Numbered from the stretch's first letter, positions 41,401-51,365 are shown. The stretch: DNA of 64,000 bases from Azolla caroliniana (GCA_043228905.1 JBHGNT010000002.1:25110001-25174000), one strand, 5' to 3'. Numbers and translations: made by a program. Notes: a model not told the origin generated them from the letters alone.

Positions 41401-43370
41401 TCGTGGTGAAGGGGTTCCAGCAAAAGAAGGGCGTGGACTTCAACGAGATATTTTCCCCGGTAGTAAAGATGACCTCCATCCGGACGGTGCTGAGTATAGC
41501 GGCAAGCATGGACCTCGAGGAGAGCAGCTGGACGTGAAGACGACATTCCTTCACGTTGACCTCAAAGAGGAGATCTACATGCAGCAACCGGAAGGATTCG
41601 TGGAGAAAGGGAAGGAGCACCTGGTTTGCGGGTTGAAGAAGAGCCTGTACGGACTGAAGTAGGCTCCTCGACAATGGTACCGGAAGTTCGTCTCCTTCAT
41701 GATCGATCAAGGGTACCACAAGACGCAAGCCGATCACTGCGTTTTTGTGAAGAAGTTCGAAGGAGGCGACTTCCTAATACTCCTTCTATACGTGAACGAC
41801 ATGTTGATCATCGGACGAGACCAAGCCAAAATACGGATGCTGAAGAAGGCTGTCAACCGAACTTTCGCAATGAAAGACTTGGGTCCGGCAAGACGGATGC
41901 TGGGGATGTACATCATCCGGGACCGGCCAAAGAAGCAATTGTGGTTGTCACAGGAGAAATACATGACAAAGGTGCTTCAACGGTTCAACATGTTAGAAGC
42001 GAAACCAGTCGGATCGACACTCCCGGAAAACTGCAGATTATCCGGTAAGCAAAGCCCGAAGACGAAAGCAGAGAAGGCAGATATGATGAAGGTTCCGTAT
42101 GCCTCTGCCGTCGGGAGCTTAATGTACGCAATGGTGTGTTCTCGACCGGATATCGGATACGCAGTCGGAGTGGTGAGCCGGTTTATGAGCAATCTCGGCA
42201 AGGAGCACTGGAACGCGGTCAAATGGATACTCTGGTACTTGAAGGGCACTTCGAATATGTGTCTCTGATTCGGCTCCGGTAAACCTCAACTTGATGGTTT
42301 TACCGATTCGAACATGTCGGCTGATGTGGATACCGGCCTGTCTACATCCAGGTATGTAATGACATATGCAGGGGGAGCTGTTTTGTGGCAGTCGAGGCTG
42401 CAGAAGACGGTTGCGTTGTCAACCACGGAGGCGGAGTACATGGCGGCTGTTGAAGCCGGTAAGGAAATATTATGGATGAAGGACTTCATCGGAGAGCTCG
42501 ATATCCAGCAAGATGAATATCGGCTCTATTGCGACAGTCAAAGTGCCATCCACCTTACTAAGAACGCAACGTACCATTCGAAGACAAAGCATATCCAGCG
42601 TAGGTATCACTAGATCCGGGAGCGAGTAGAAGATCGAGAGTTCGTGTTGACGAAGATCCACATGGCCGAGAACGGGTCAGATATGCTACCCAAAGTACTG
42701 ATACCCGACAAGTTGGATGCATGTCGGCAGTGGATCAGACTAGTAAGATATCCCATGCCGGAGTGAAGGGGGAGTTTGTTCGGAAACAGATCCCTCCGGA
42801 TGGGATAGGAGTACCCGGCAACGGAAGACCCGGTGAGAACCGGAAGATGAGTGCCTGGCAAGAGCCGGATGGTGAAGGCTCGGTGAGTAGTGCTCACCGG
42901 ATGAAGGAACATATTCGTAAATATGTTTCTGAGAGTTCATTGGGGCTATATTTGTAAATAGCCGAAAAGTCATATTAGTATAAATATGACTTAGGGCAAA
43001 CTTAGCGTGCAACAATTGTCATTCTTGTTGGTGCAAGATTTGAGTGCAAACGTGTACAGAGAGAGAGAGAGAGAGAGTGAGAGAGAGTGAGTGAGAGACG
43101 AAGAGGACGTTGTCTCTATTGTAACCGCCGCCTGTGGCGAAGACAGTGAACAAGAGGTCGTTGCCTCTGTGTTCATCTATTGTATATTGTAACATAGTGA
43201 TAGTTTGCAATCTGTGGATTGTCGTGGTTTTTCCTGTGTTTGGGTTTTCCACGTAAACATCTTGTGTACTCTTCTCTTTATTGTGTCATGCGTACATTAC
43301 CTATTTTTTTGTGTTTGATCCTAGACTCGGTTTTGGCCGAGTGTTGTTTTCGGAGCGTGTCGTCTTGTCA
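38111..43370 (+). mobile_element. Full-length but pseudogenised Ty1/copia LTR retrotransposon (Tnt1/Tork-like), 5260 bp
   Basis: LTRs at 38111-38708 and 42777-43370 (TG...CA), 5-bp TSD AAACT, tRNA-iMet-type PBS TGGTATTAGAGC at 38712 and PPT at 42761-42774. Domains in copia order: gag, CFYCGKPGH knuckle, protease VVDSGASFH, LWHKRLCHMSEKG, integrase [24 protein letters not shown], RNase H TKHIQRRYH. Several stops and frameshifts. Confidence 0.97.
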
Positions 43371-43699
43371 AAACTCAACTTCTAGTTCTCGAAACACAGT
43401 GTGGGTTTAAATCCACTTCTGACAAGTTTTGGAATCGATACTCCTTATGTAGAACTCGTGATTGACTGTGGCCCCAAAAAGTCAAGGTGGCCAAGTGGTC
43501 TAAGGCGTAAAACTGAAGTTTCGGTTCTCGAAAGGGAGCGTGGGTTCGAATCTTGTTTGGCCCCACAACTCTCACCCAACAGTTAGGATGGTTGAGTGGT
43601 CCAAGGTACCAGACTCAAGTTCTAGTTCTCGAAAGGCAGCGTGTGTTGGAATCCTAGTTCTAACAACTCTTCGAATTAACTCCACAACTCGTTTGCGCC

Positions 43700-43978
43700 A
43701 CATATTTGTTGAAGTTAAAACCATTCAAGTTGAATCCCATGGTGTTGATACCTAATGCAATGAACTAGATGCCTACTACGGGCCAAGTAACTAAGAAAAA
43801 GTGTAGAGTATAGAGTTGTTGAAGTTAGCGTATTGGTGTTGATTTCTTTCTCTTGATCGAACTTGTAAATTGCATTGGCAAACTCCTTCCAAATGCGTAG
43901 TTTCTCTGATCAAACTAGAAATTACGAAAGAACACAAAACACAGTGTACTAAATATGTTAATAATAGCCAACATGTGC
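43700..43978 (-). pseudogene. psbA: Plastid psbA (D1) fragment, copy 1, inside the tRNA array
   Basis: Reverse translation fragments SSLIRETT...[40 protein letters not shown]. Confidence 0.85.
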
Positions 43979-44985
43979 AGTTAGTTTTCGAATCAATATT
44001 CCTTATGTAGAATTCCTGATGAACTAACCATGGACATGCAACACTCAACCAATAGTTAGGGTGGCCTAGTGGTCTAAGAAGCCAGACTCAAAATCTGGTT
44101 CTCGAAAGGGAGCATGGGTTTGAATCCCACTTCTGACAAGTTTTCGAATCGATACTCCTTACGTAAAACCCGTGAAAAACCTAGCCGAAAATGCTCACCC
44201 AATAGTCAAGATGGTTGAGTGGTCTAGGGCGCCAGACTCAAGTTCTAGTTCTCTAAAGGGAGCATGGGTTTTAATCCCACTTCTGTCAAGTTTTCGAATC
44301 AATACTCCTTACGTAGAACTCATGATAAACATGACCGAAAATGCTCACCCAATAGTCAGGGTGGGTGAGTGAAGTTCTGGATCTCGAAAGGGAGTGTGGG
44401 TTCGAATCCCACTTCTGACAATTTTTTGAATCGATACTCCTTATCTAGAACTCATGATCGACCTGGCTGAAAATGCTCACTCAATAGTCAGGGTGGTCGA
44501 GTGGTCTAAGGCGCCAGACTAAAGTTCTGGTTCTCGAAACGGAGCATGGGTTCGAATCCCACTTTCGACAAGTTTTCGAATCGACACTCCTTATATAAAA
44601 CTCGAGATCCACTTGGGTTCGAATCCAATTCCTAACAAGTTTTCGAATTGATATTCCTTTCGTAGAACTCATGATAAACCTGGCCGAAAATACTCACCCA
44701 ATAGTGAGGGTGGCCGAGTGGTCTAAGGCGCCATACTCAAGTTCTGGTTCTCGAAAGGGAGCGTGGGTTCAAATCCTACTTCTAACAAGTTTTTGAATCG
44801 GTACTCCTTACGTAGAACTCGTGATAAACCTGGCCGAAAATGCTCATCCAACAGTCAGGGTGGTTGAGTGAAGTTCTGGTTCTCGAAAGGGAGCATGGGT
44901 TTGAATCCCACTTCTGACACGTTTTCGAATCGATACTCCTTATGTAGAACTCATCATCGACCTAGCCGAAAATGCTCACCCAATA

Positions 44986-45069
44986 GTAAGGGTGGCCGAG
45001 TGGTCTAAGGCGCCAGACTCAAGTTCTGGTTGTTGAAAGGGAGTGTGGGTTCGAATCCCACTTCTGACA
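44986..45069 (+). tRNA. trnL-CAA: tRNA-Leu(CAA), near-intact copy
   Basis: A box, B box, anticodon arm and T-arm are intact. Substitutions at acceptor position 3 and in the variable arm. Confidence 0.6.
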
Positions 45070-45748
45070 AGTTTTTGAATAGATACTCCTTACCTAGAGC
45101 TCGTGATCGACTTGGCCGATAACCCAATAATCAGGGTGGTCGAGTAAAGTTATGGTTCTCGAAAGGGAGCATGGGTTCGAATCCCACTTCTCAAGAGTTT
45201 TCAAATCCATACTTCTTATATAGAACTCCTAATGGACCTAACACAAAATGCTCACTCAATAGTTCGAATTCCACTTCTGACAAGTTTTAGAATCGATACT
45301 CCTTATCTAGAACTCATGATCGACCTGGCCAAATGCTCACCCAATAGTCAGCGTGGCTGAGTGGTCTAAGGCGCTAGACTCAAGTTCTAGTTCTCGAAAG
45401 GGAGCCTGGGTTCAAATCCCATTTCTGACAAGTTTTCAAATCGATACTCCTTACATAGAACTCGTGATAAACGTGGCCAAAAATGCTCACCCAATAGTCA
45501 GGGTGGCCGAGTGGTCTACGGCTCGAGACTCAAGTTCTGGTTCTTGAAAGGGAGCGTGGGTTCGAATCCCACTTTTGACAAGTTTTCAAATCGATACGAC
45601 TTAGGTAGAACTCATTTGAATAGCTTTCGAATCAATACTCCTTATGTCGAAATCGTGATCGACCTAGCCGAAAATGCTCACCCAATAGTTAGGGTGCCCA
45701 AGTGGTCTGAGGCGCCAGACTCAAGTTCTGGTTCTCGAAAGGGAGCGT

Positions 45749-46434
45749 TGTCGCGTTGTTACGCGCGTGCGTGGAGAACAAGGCGGGACCACTGGGGTCT
45801 TGGACCGAGGAATAGGTGGGGAAAAGAGAGAGAGGGAGAGAGAGACACGCTCACACACGGATAGACAAAGAAGCGCGCGGGAACGCAACCCAATCAACAC
45901 AAGAGACACAAGTTGGGCAGGAGATAGAGTATAAGAACGCGTATATAAATATATGTATGCAGATGACTCGAACGGTTACAACCGATCAGGTCGGCGAGAC
46001 GGGTGTCGACGCCTAATCACCCACACACACAGGGGAGCAAGATGGAGATTCTGCCAGAAGCACACGGGCGTTCCACGGAGCAGAATCAGCCTCTCGAGAA
46101 CCTACGCAAAGAAAGCTTATGGAGAACGACAGAGGAGAGGTGCTCGGTCCCAGTCCGACAGCACTTCGTCCCCTCTAGCGCCCGATATCTTCTCTTCCCG
46201 TCTCCCTCTCTTTTATAGCTCAAGGAGGGAGGCCGCCTTGCCCGTTTACATCACATTAATTCTCTGTCCTTTCGGACAGAGATACTCCTAGATTCTCCCT
46301 ATAGAATATTGCTACCTAGGATCTGACCTTTGTGCCTAGCTATATACTGTACCACAAGGGGCGTGCCCACGTGTAAGGGCCGGTTTACACACGCTATACA
46401 CGGTTTGCGCCTGGGGACGGTTTTCTTCACGACA
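45749..46434. mobile_element. Solo LTR (686 bp) inserted into a tRNA-Leu copy
   Basis: Inverted termini TGTCG...CGACA and a 4-bp TSD GCGT (45745-48 / 46435-38). Removing it restores GGGAGCGTGCGTTCGAATCCCACTTCTGACA. Confidence 0.88.
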
Positions 46435-47040
46435 GCGTGCGTTCGAATCCCACTTCTGACAAGGTTTCGAATCGATACTCCTTACCTAGAGCTCGTGATC
46501 GACCTGGCCGAAAATGCTCACACAATAGTCAAGGTGGTTGAGTGGTCTAAGGCGCTAGAGTAAAATTTTGGTTCTCGAAAGGGAGCGTGTGTTCGAAACC
46601 CACTTTTGACAAGTTTTCGAATCGATACTCCTTACCTAGAGCTCGTGATCGACCTAGCCGATCACCCTATAGTTAGGGTGGCCAAGTAAAGTTCTGGTTC
46701 TCGAAAGGGAGCATGGGTTCGAATCCCACTTTTGACAATTTTTCGAATCTATACTTCTTATATAGAACTCCTGATGGACCTAGCCCAAAATGTTCACTCA
46801 ATAGTTCGAATTCCACTTATGACAAGTTTTAGAATTGATACTCCTTATCTAGAACTTGTGATCGACTTGGCCGAAAATGCTCACCCAATAGTCAGGGTGG
46901 CTGAGTCGTCTAAGGCGCTAGAGTCAAGTTCTGGTTCTCGAAAGGGAGCGTGGGTTCGAATTCCACTTCTAACAAGTTTTCGAATCGATGCTCCTTACAT
47001 AGAACTCGTGATAAACGTGGGAAAAAATGCTCACCTAACA

Positions 47041-47124
47041 GTCAGGGTGGCCGAGTGGTCTAAGGCGCCAGACTCAAGTTCTGGTTCTCGAAAGGGAGCG
47101 TGGGTTCGAATCCCACTTCTGACA
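47041..47124 (+). tRNA. trnL-CAA: tRNA-Leu(CAA), cytosolic type; best-preserved copy in the array
   Basis: Folds as a cloverleaf: acceptor GTCAGGG/TTCTGAC+A (two G-U pairs), D-arm GCC/GGC, anticodon arm CCAGA-CTCAAGT-TCTGG, long variable arm TCTC-GAAA-GGGA, T-arm GTGGG-TTCGAAT-CCCAC. Followed by AGTTTTT. Confidence 0.9.
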
Positions 47125-47805
47125 AGTTTTCAAATCGATACTCCTTATGTAGAACTCGTGATAAACGTGGCCGAAAATGCTCACCTAATAGTCAGGGTGG
47201 CCGAGTGGTCTAAGGCGCCAGACTCAAGATCTGGTTCTCGAAAGGGAGCCTGGGTTCAAATCCCACTTTTGATAAGTTTTTGAATCAATACTCCTTACGT
47301 AGAACTCGTGATAAACTTGGCCGAAAATGTTCACCCAATAGTCAGGATGGCCGAGTGGTCTAAGGCGCCAGACTCAAGTTTTCGAATCGATACTCCTTAC
47401 CTAGAACTCGTGATAGACCTGCCCAAAAATGCTCACCCAATAGTCAAGGTGGGTGAGTGGTGTAAGGCGCGAGATTGAAGTTCTTGTTCTTGAAAGGCAA
47501 TGTGGGTTCAAAGGCCACTTCTCGAGTGGTCTAAGGCGCTAGACTCAAGTTCTGGTTCTCGAAACGGAGCGTGGGTTCGAATCCCACTTCTGACATTTTT
47601 GAATTGATATCTAATGCTCACTCAATAGTCAGGGTGGCCGAGTGGTCTAAGGTGCTAGACTCAAGTTATGGTTCTCAAAAGGGAGCGTGGGTTCGAATCC
47701 CACTTCTGACAAGTTTTTGAATCGATACTCCGTATCTAGAACTCGTGATAATTGACCGTGGCCCCAAAACGTTGAACGCATGTGTTGTATCCATATCTTC
47801 TTTGT

Positions 47806-48125
47806 GCCACAGATTTGTTGAATTAAAAACCGTTCACATTGAATGTCATGGTGTTGATACCCAAACTAGTGAACTAGACGCCTACTATAGGGCAAGTAGC
47901 TAAGAAGAAGTGTAGAGAACAAGAGTTGTTGAAACTAGCGTATTGGAAGATCAAACAACCGAAATAATCGTGAGTAGCTACGATGTTGTAGGTTTCTTCC
48001 TCTTGACTGAATTTGTAACCTTCGGTGGGAGACTCATTCTCCATACTTTCTCTTATCAAAGTAGACGTTACCAAAGAACACTGAATAGAAAGTATTAGAT
48101 GTTACTTCAGCAATCCAACATGTGC
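47806..48125 (-). pseudogene. psbA: Plastid psbA (D1) fragment, copy 2, inside the tRNA array
   Basis: [66 protein letters not shown] aligns to D1 at roughly residues 218-290. Confidence 0.93.
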
Positions 48126-48231
48126 AGTGAGGGTGGCTAAGTTGTCTAAGGTGCCAGTCTCAAGTTCTGGTTCTCGAAAGGTAGCGTGGGTTCGAATCCC
48201 ATTGTTGACAAGTTTTCGAATCGATACTCCT

Positions 48232-48500
48232 CATTGTTTCTCAATGCCTTCGTGAAATCGGTGCAATCTTTCCGGATGTGGTCGTTGATGTCGATCACAT
48301 GGAGGAACCCTACCATCCCTTCTGGCCTGGGCAATCTGGAGATCACGCACCATCTTGATGAGCTCTTCCAACGCCAGCCCGTCATCATACTCTTCTTTAG
48401 CCCCCACATCTTGTACATTCCAAGAGCCTTCCTACATGCCGCAACTGCCTCGTCCATGTTAATTCATGTTGTTTGTAGTAAGAATGGTGCCGGTGGCGGG
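48232..48500 (-). mobile_element. Retrotransposon gag-like fragment at the right edge of the array
   Basis: Reverse frames give LEELIKMVRDLQIAQARRDG and the knuckle-like D..DHIRKDCTDFTKAL. Confidence 0.5.
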
Positions 48501-49094
48501 AACAACCACCGAGGTGGTACATAATTCCACCTAACCTCAACGCCTGCATCTAACATTATAGGAATAGCTTACCAAACTCGACGAATTCTCTGTCTTTTCC
48601 TAGTAGTTGTGTTTCAAGAACCCTTATAACTGTCATAATCACCTTTAACTGTATGTACTAATAAGTTCCAAAAAGACTTTACTTGATCCACAACGTGAGT
48701 GTTTTCATCATTGTAATACTTGGAATACCTACTTTCCAAAGAACCCATGAAGCCAACGAGGAGACAATCTGCCAAACATAACTCCGCAAGAAGAACTTGA
48801 TTCCCTGCAAGGAACTTGAAGTAGAATATACCTGAAAAGTTCTTATATGTAAAGACAAGGAAGAATGATGATAATGATAAAAAGTTCTTTGTTGATCCAA
48901 CATTCCCCAAAAGACTGCAACCCATGTGATTTTTTTTCAAAATGTTTTAATTATATAAATGAGCACCATAAATGTACAACATAAACGTGCACCATAAATT
49001 ATATACCAAATTCCTAGGTCCATTATGCATGATCCATTGCCACATCACATTGGCCATCACTTTGTGACTATTCAGGCTTAGATTACTACCACCG

Positions 49095-51365
49095 TTTGCT
49101 CCATTTGAGTTCACTCCTCCATTGCCGCCATTCTACACTCATTTGTTGCCATTGTTCGGTCATGGATTGTTGCCACAGTTTGATCCGACGGAGTTCACTC
49201 CTCCATTGCCACCATTATTCGGTCCTGGATTGCTGCCATTGTTCGATCCGACGGAATTCACTCCTCCATTGTTGCTATTCTACACTCAGTTGATGTCATA
49301 TCCTCAACCTACTCCGGTTTTCTCTTGAATCAGCTCACCTCTACACCACGCTTCCGAAAAGGAAATCGTAAAGGGGAGGATAATGTCACAGACGACAGCC
49401 ATGTCAAGATTTGAACCCTTCACCTCTTGTATATAATCAAGTGGTATGTTCTAACCAATACATCCAAATACATGACCATGTTATGTATATCTTAGTATAT
49501 TATTACTAGATTATCTATTTCAAGTTGTAGGAGTTTGTAGAATGTTCTAGAGAGTTCTAGAATATTCTCCAGAATATTCTAACGTACTTCAACTCATAGT
49601 ATAAATACTTGTAAGCTCCTTAGTCCCTTTCAAGGGATTCAACAACCAGTCATTGACACATCAATCTAGTATTCTTCTTTAGCCCCATCTTCTCTCCTTA
49701 ATTTACATCTATGTCTTTATGCTCTTGTATTCTTCCTAGCGTCTTAAGTTCCTCAACTTGTCGCTCCCAACTTCCTGAGTTTCTAGCCTCATCACGTCTA
49801 GTTCCCTGTTCGTAACCTCATCAATCATAGCCTCGTCATTTGTGCTTTGTCATAGTCTAGGGTTGGTGTGTCGTGACAGTTTGAATCCCTTCCAACTAGA
49901 AGCATCACCCGTTTTCATCATTGCCCTTGCTTCTAGAGTTACCATCGTCGTCATCCTTGCTTCCAAAGTTACCATCATCAACATGCCTTTGTCTCCTATC
50001 TTCCTCGCCATCTCTATCTCCTAGTTTCTTCTCATCGTTGTCCTTGTCTTTTAGTTTCTCCTCATCATCGTCTCTGTTTTTTAGTTTCTTCTCATCCTCC
50101 ACATATCTATCTCCGTGTTTCTTATCATTATCATCCCTATCTTTGCGCTTCTTATCATCTTCCACATCCCTACTTCTGCGTTTTTTGTCATTGCCATCTT
50201 TCTCCATGTGTTTCCTGCCGGTTTCATCTCTATCTATGTGTTTCTTATCATCATCATCCCTATCTATGTGTTTCTTATCACCTTCGTCCATGTCAATGTG
50301 TTTTCTATCATCATGCATATCTCTGTCTTTGTGTTTCTTTGTTTCCATCATTGCCATAGTCACAATCATTGCGTCCAGAGACGCTTTCTCAACATCATTG
50401 TCTTCATTGCTTTGTCTTCGACATCATTATCTTCAGCACCCCATGGTGTCGTCATCAACGTTACTTTGCGTCGCCTTCATTGACATCAAGTGTCCCAGTT
50501 CCCAGTGAGGACTGCACATGGTCGCTCACGCCCGTTGGTGTCCCAGTTCCTAGTGAGGACCGCACATGGTCGCTCACGCCCGTTGGTGTCTTAGTTCCCA
50601 GTGAGGACCACACATTGTCACTTACGCTCGTTGGTGTTCGTGTCTCCGATGAGGACCGCACATGGTCGCTCATGTCCGTTGGTGTTCATGTCTCTGGTGA
50701 GGATCGTACATGGTCGCTCCCGCCTATTGGTGTTCCTGTCACCGGTGAAGATCGTACATGGTCTCTCAAGCCCGTTGGTGCTTCAATTCCGGATGAGAAT
50801 TGCACATGGTCGCTCACGTTCACTCGTGCTCCATTTTCCGGTGAGGACCGCACATGGTCAGCCACTCCTCAACCTACTCCGGTTTTCTCTTTCAGCTCAC
50901 CCCTACACCATGCTTTCAAAGAGTTCTAGAATATTCTCCCAAATATTCTAATGCATGTACTTCAACTTGCAGTATAAATACTTGTAAGCTCCTTAGTCCC
51001 TTTGAAGGGATTCAACACCAGTCATTGACACATCAATCTAGTATTCTTGTTCAATTCCATCTTTTCTCGTTCTTCATGCTCTAATGTCATTCCTAGCTTC
51101 TTAAGTTCCTCGTAGCCTTGTCATCCGTGCTTCGTTTGAATCCGCGATTGGTGTGTCCGTGACAGTTGCCACCATTGTTCGGTTCGGGATTGTTGCCACT
51201 GTTCGATCTGATGAAGTTCACTTCTCCATGTCACCATTGTACCCTCATTTGCCGACACTGTTCAGTCCTGGATTGCTACCACTGTTCGATCCGACGTAGT
51301 TCACTCCTCCATTGTCACCATTGTACTCTCAGTTGCCACCATTGTTCGGTCCTGGATTGCAATAA
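49095..51365 (+). mobile_element. Rearranged LTR-retrotransposon remnant: LTR 49384-49878, 5'-truncated LTR ~50920-51164, internal 33-bp and 42-bp tandem repeats
   Basis: TGTCAC...GTGACA termini preceded by the purine tract AAGGGGAGGA. The block gagttctagaatattctcc...gtataaatacttgtaagctccttagtccc is shared by both LTRs. The segment ctcaacctactccggttttctct precedes both. Confidence 0.75.

Larger units (their letters stand above)
36104..48210 (+). repeat. Tandem array of ~35 tRNA-Leu(CAA) genes/pseudogenes, 150-bp unit
   Basis: Copies start at about 36104, 36212, 36307, 36375, 36680, 37926, 38076, 43481, 43582, 44055, 44205, 44355, 44487, 44704, 44854, 44986, 45130, 45347, 45497, 45688, 46528, 46672, 46891, 47041, 47191, 47341, 47443, 47628 and 48127, plus partial copies. 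Exact 150-bp spacing in runs such as 46891/47041/47191/47341. Confidence 0.95.

Noticed and set aside
46732-47283. 183-aa ORF with 50-aa repeats (and similar ORFs at 44172, 45353, 45511)
   Set aside because: By-product of the 150-bp unit being a multiple of 3. It translates straight through tRNA sequence, and the 46732 ORF starts at a non-ATG codon.
44055-47720. CRISPR array
   Set aside because: The repeat is an 84-nt tRNA and the spacers are homologous to each other rather than unique. The context is eukaryotic and there are no cas genes.
36104-48210. Plastid origin of the arrayed tRNA, given the neighbouring NUPT fragments
   Set aside because: The sequence is the cytosolic GTCAGG(A/G)TGGCCGAGTGGTCTAAGG type, unlike plastid trnL-CAA.
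36104-48210. Cluster of independent tRNA-derived SINE insertions
   Set aside because: No poly(A) tails or per-copy TSDs. The copies have a complete cloverleaf and fixed head-to-tail spacing.
48146-48457. ORF resembling a PPR E/DYW tail
   Set aside because: No HxE/CxxC deaminase motifs. It is better explained as a frameshifted gag-like fragment running into an antisense tRNA.
49921-50508. Ser/Leu-rich 195-aa ORF as a host gene
   Set aside because: It reads the opposite strand of the 33-bp repeat ORF inside an LTR remnant and has no recognisable domain.
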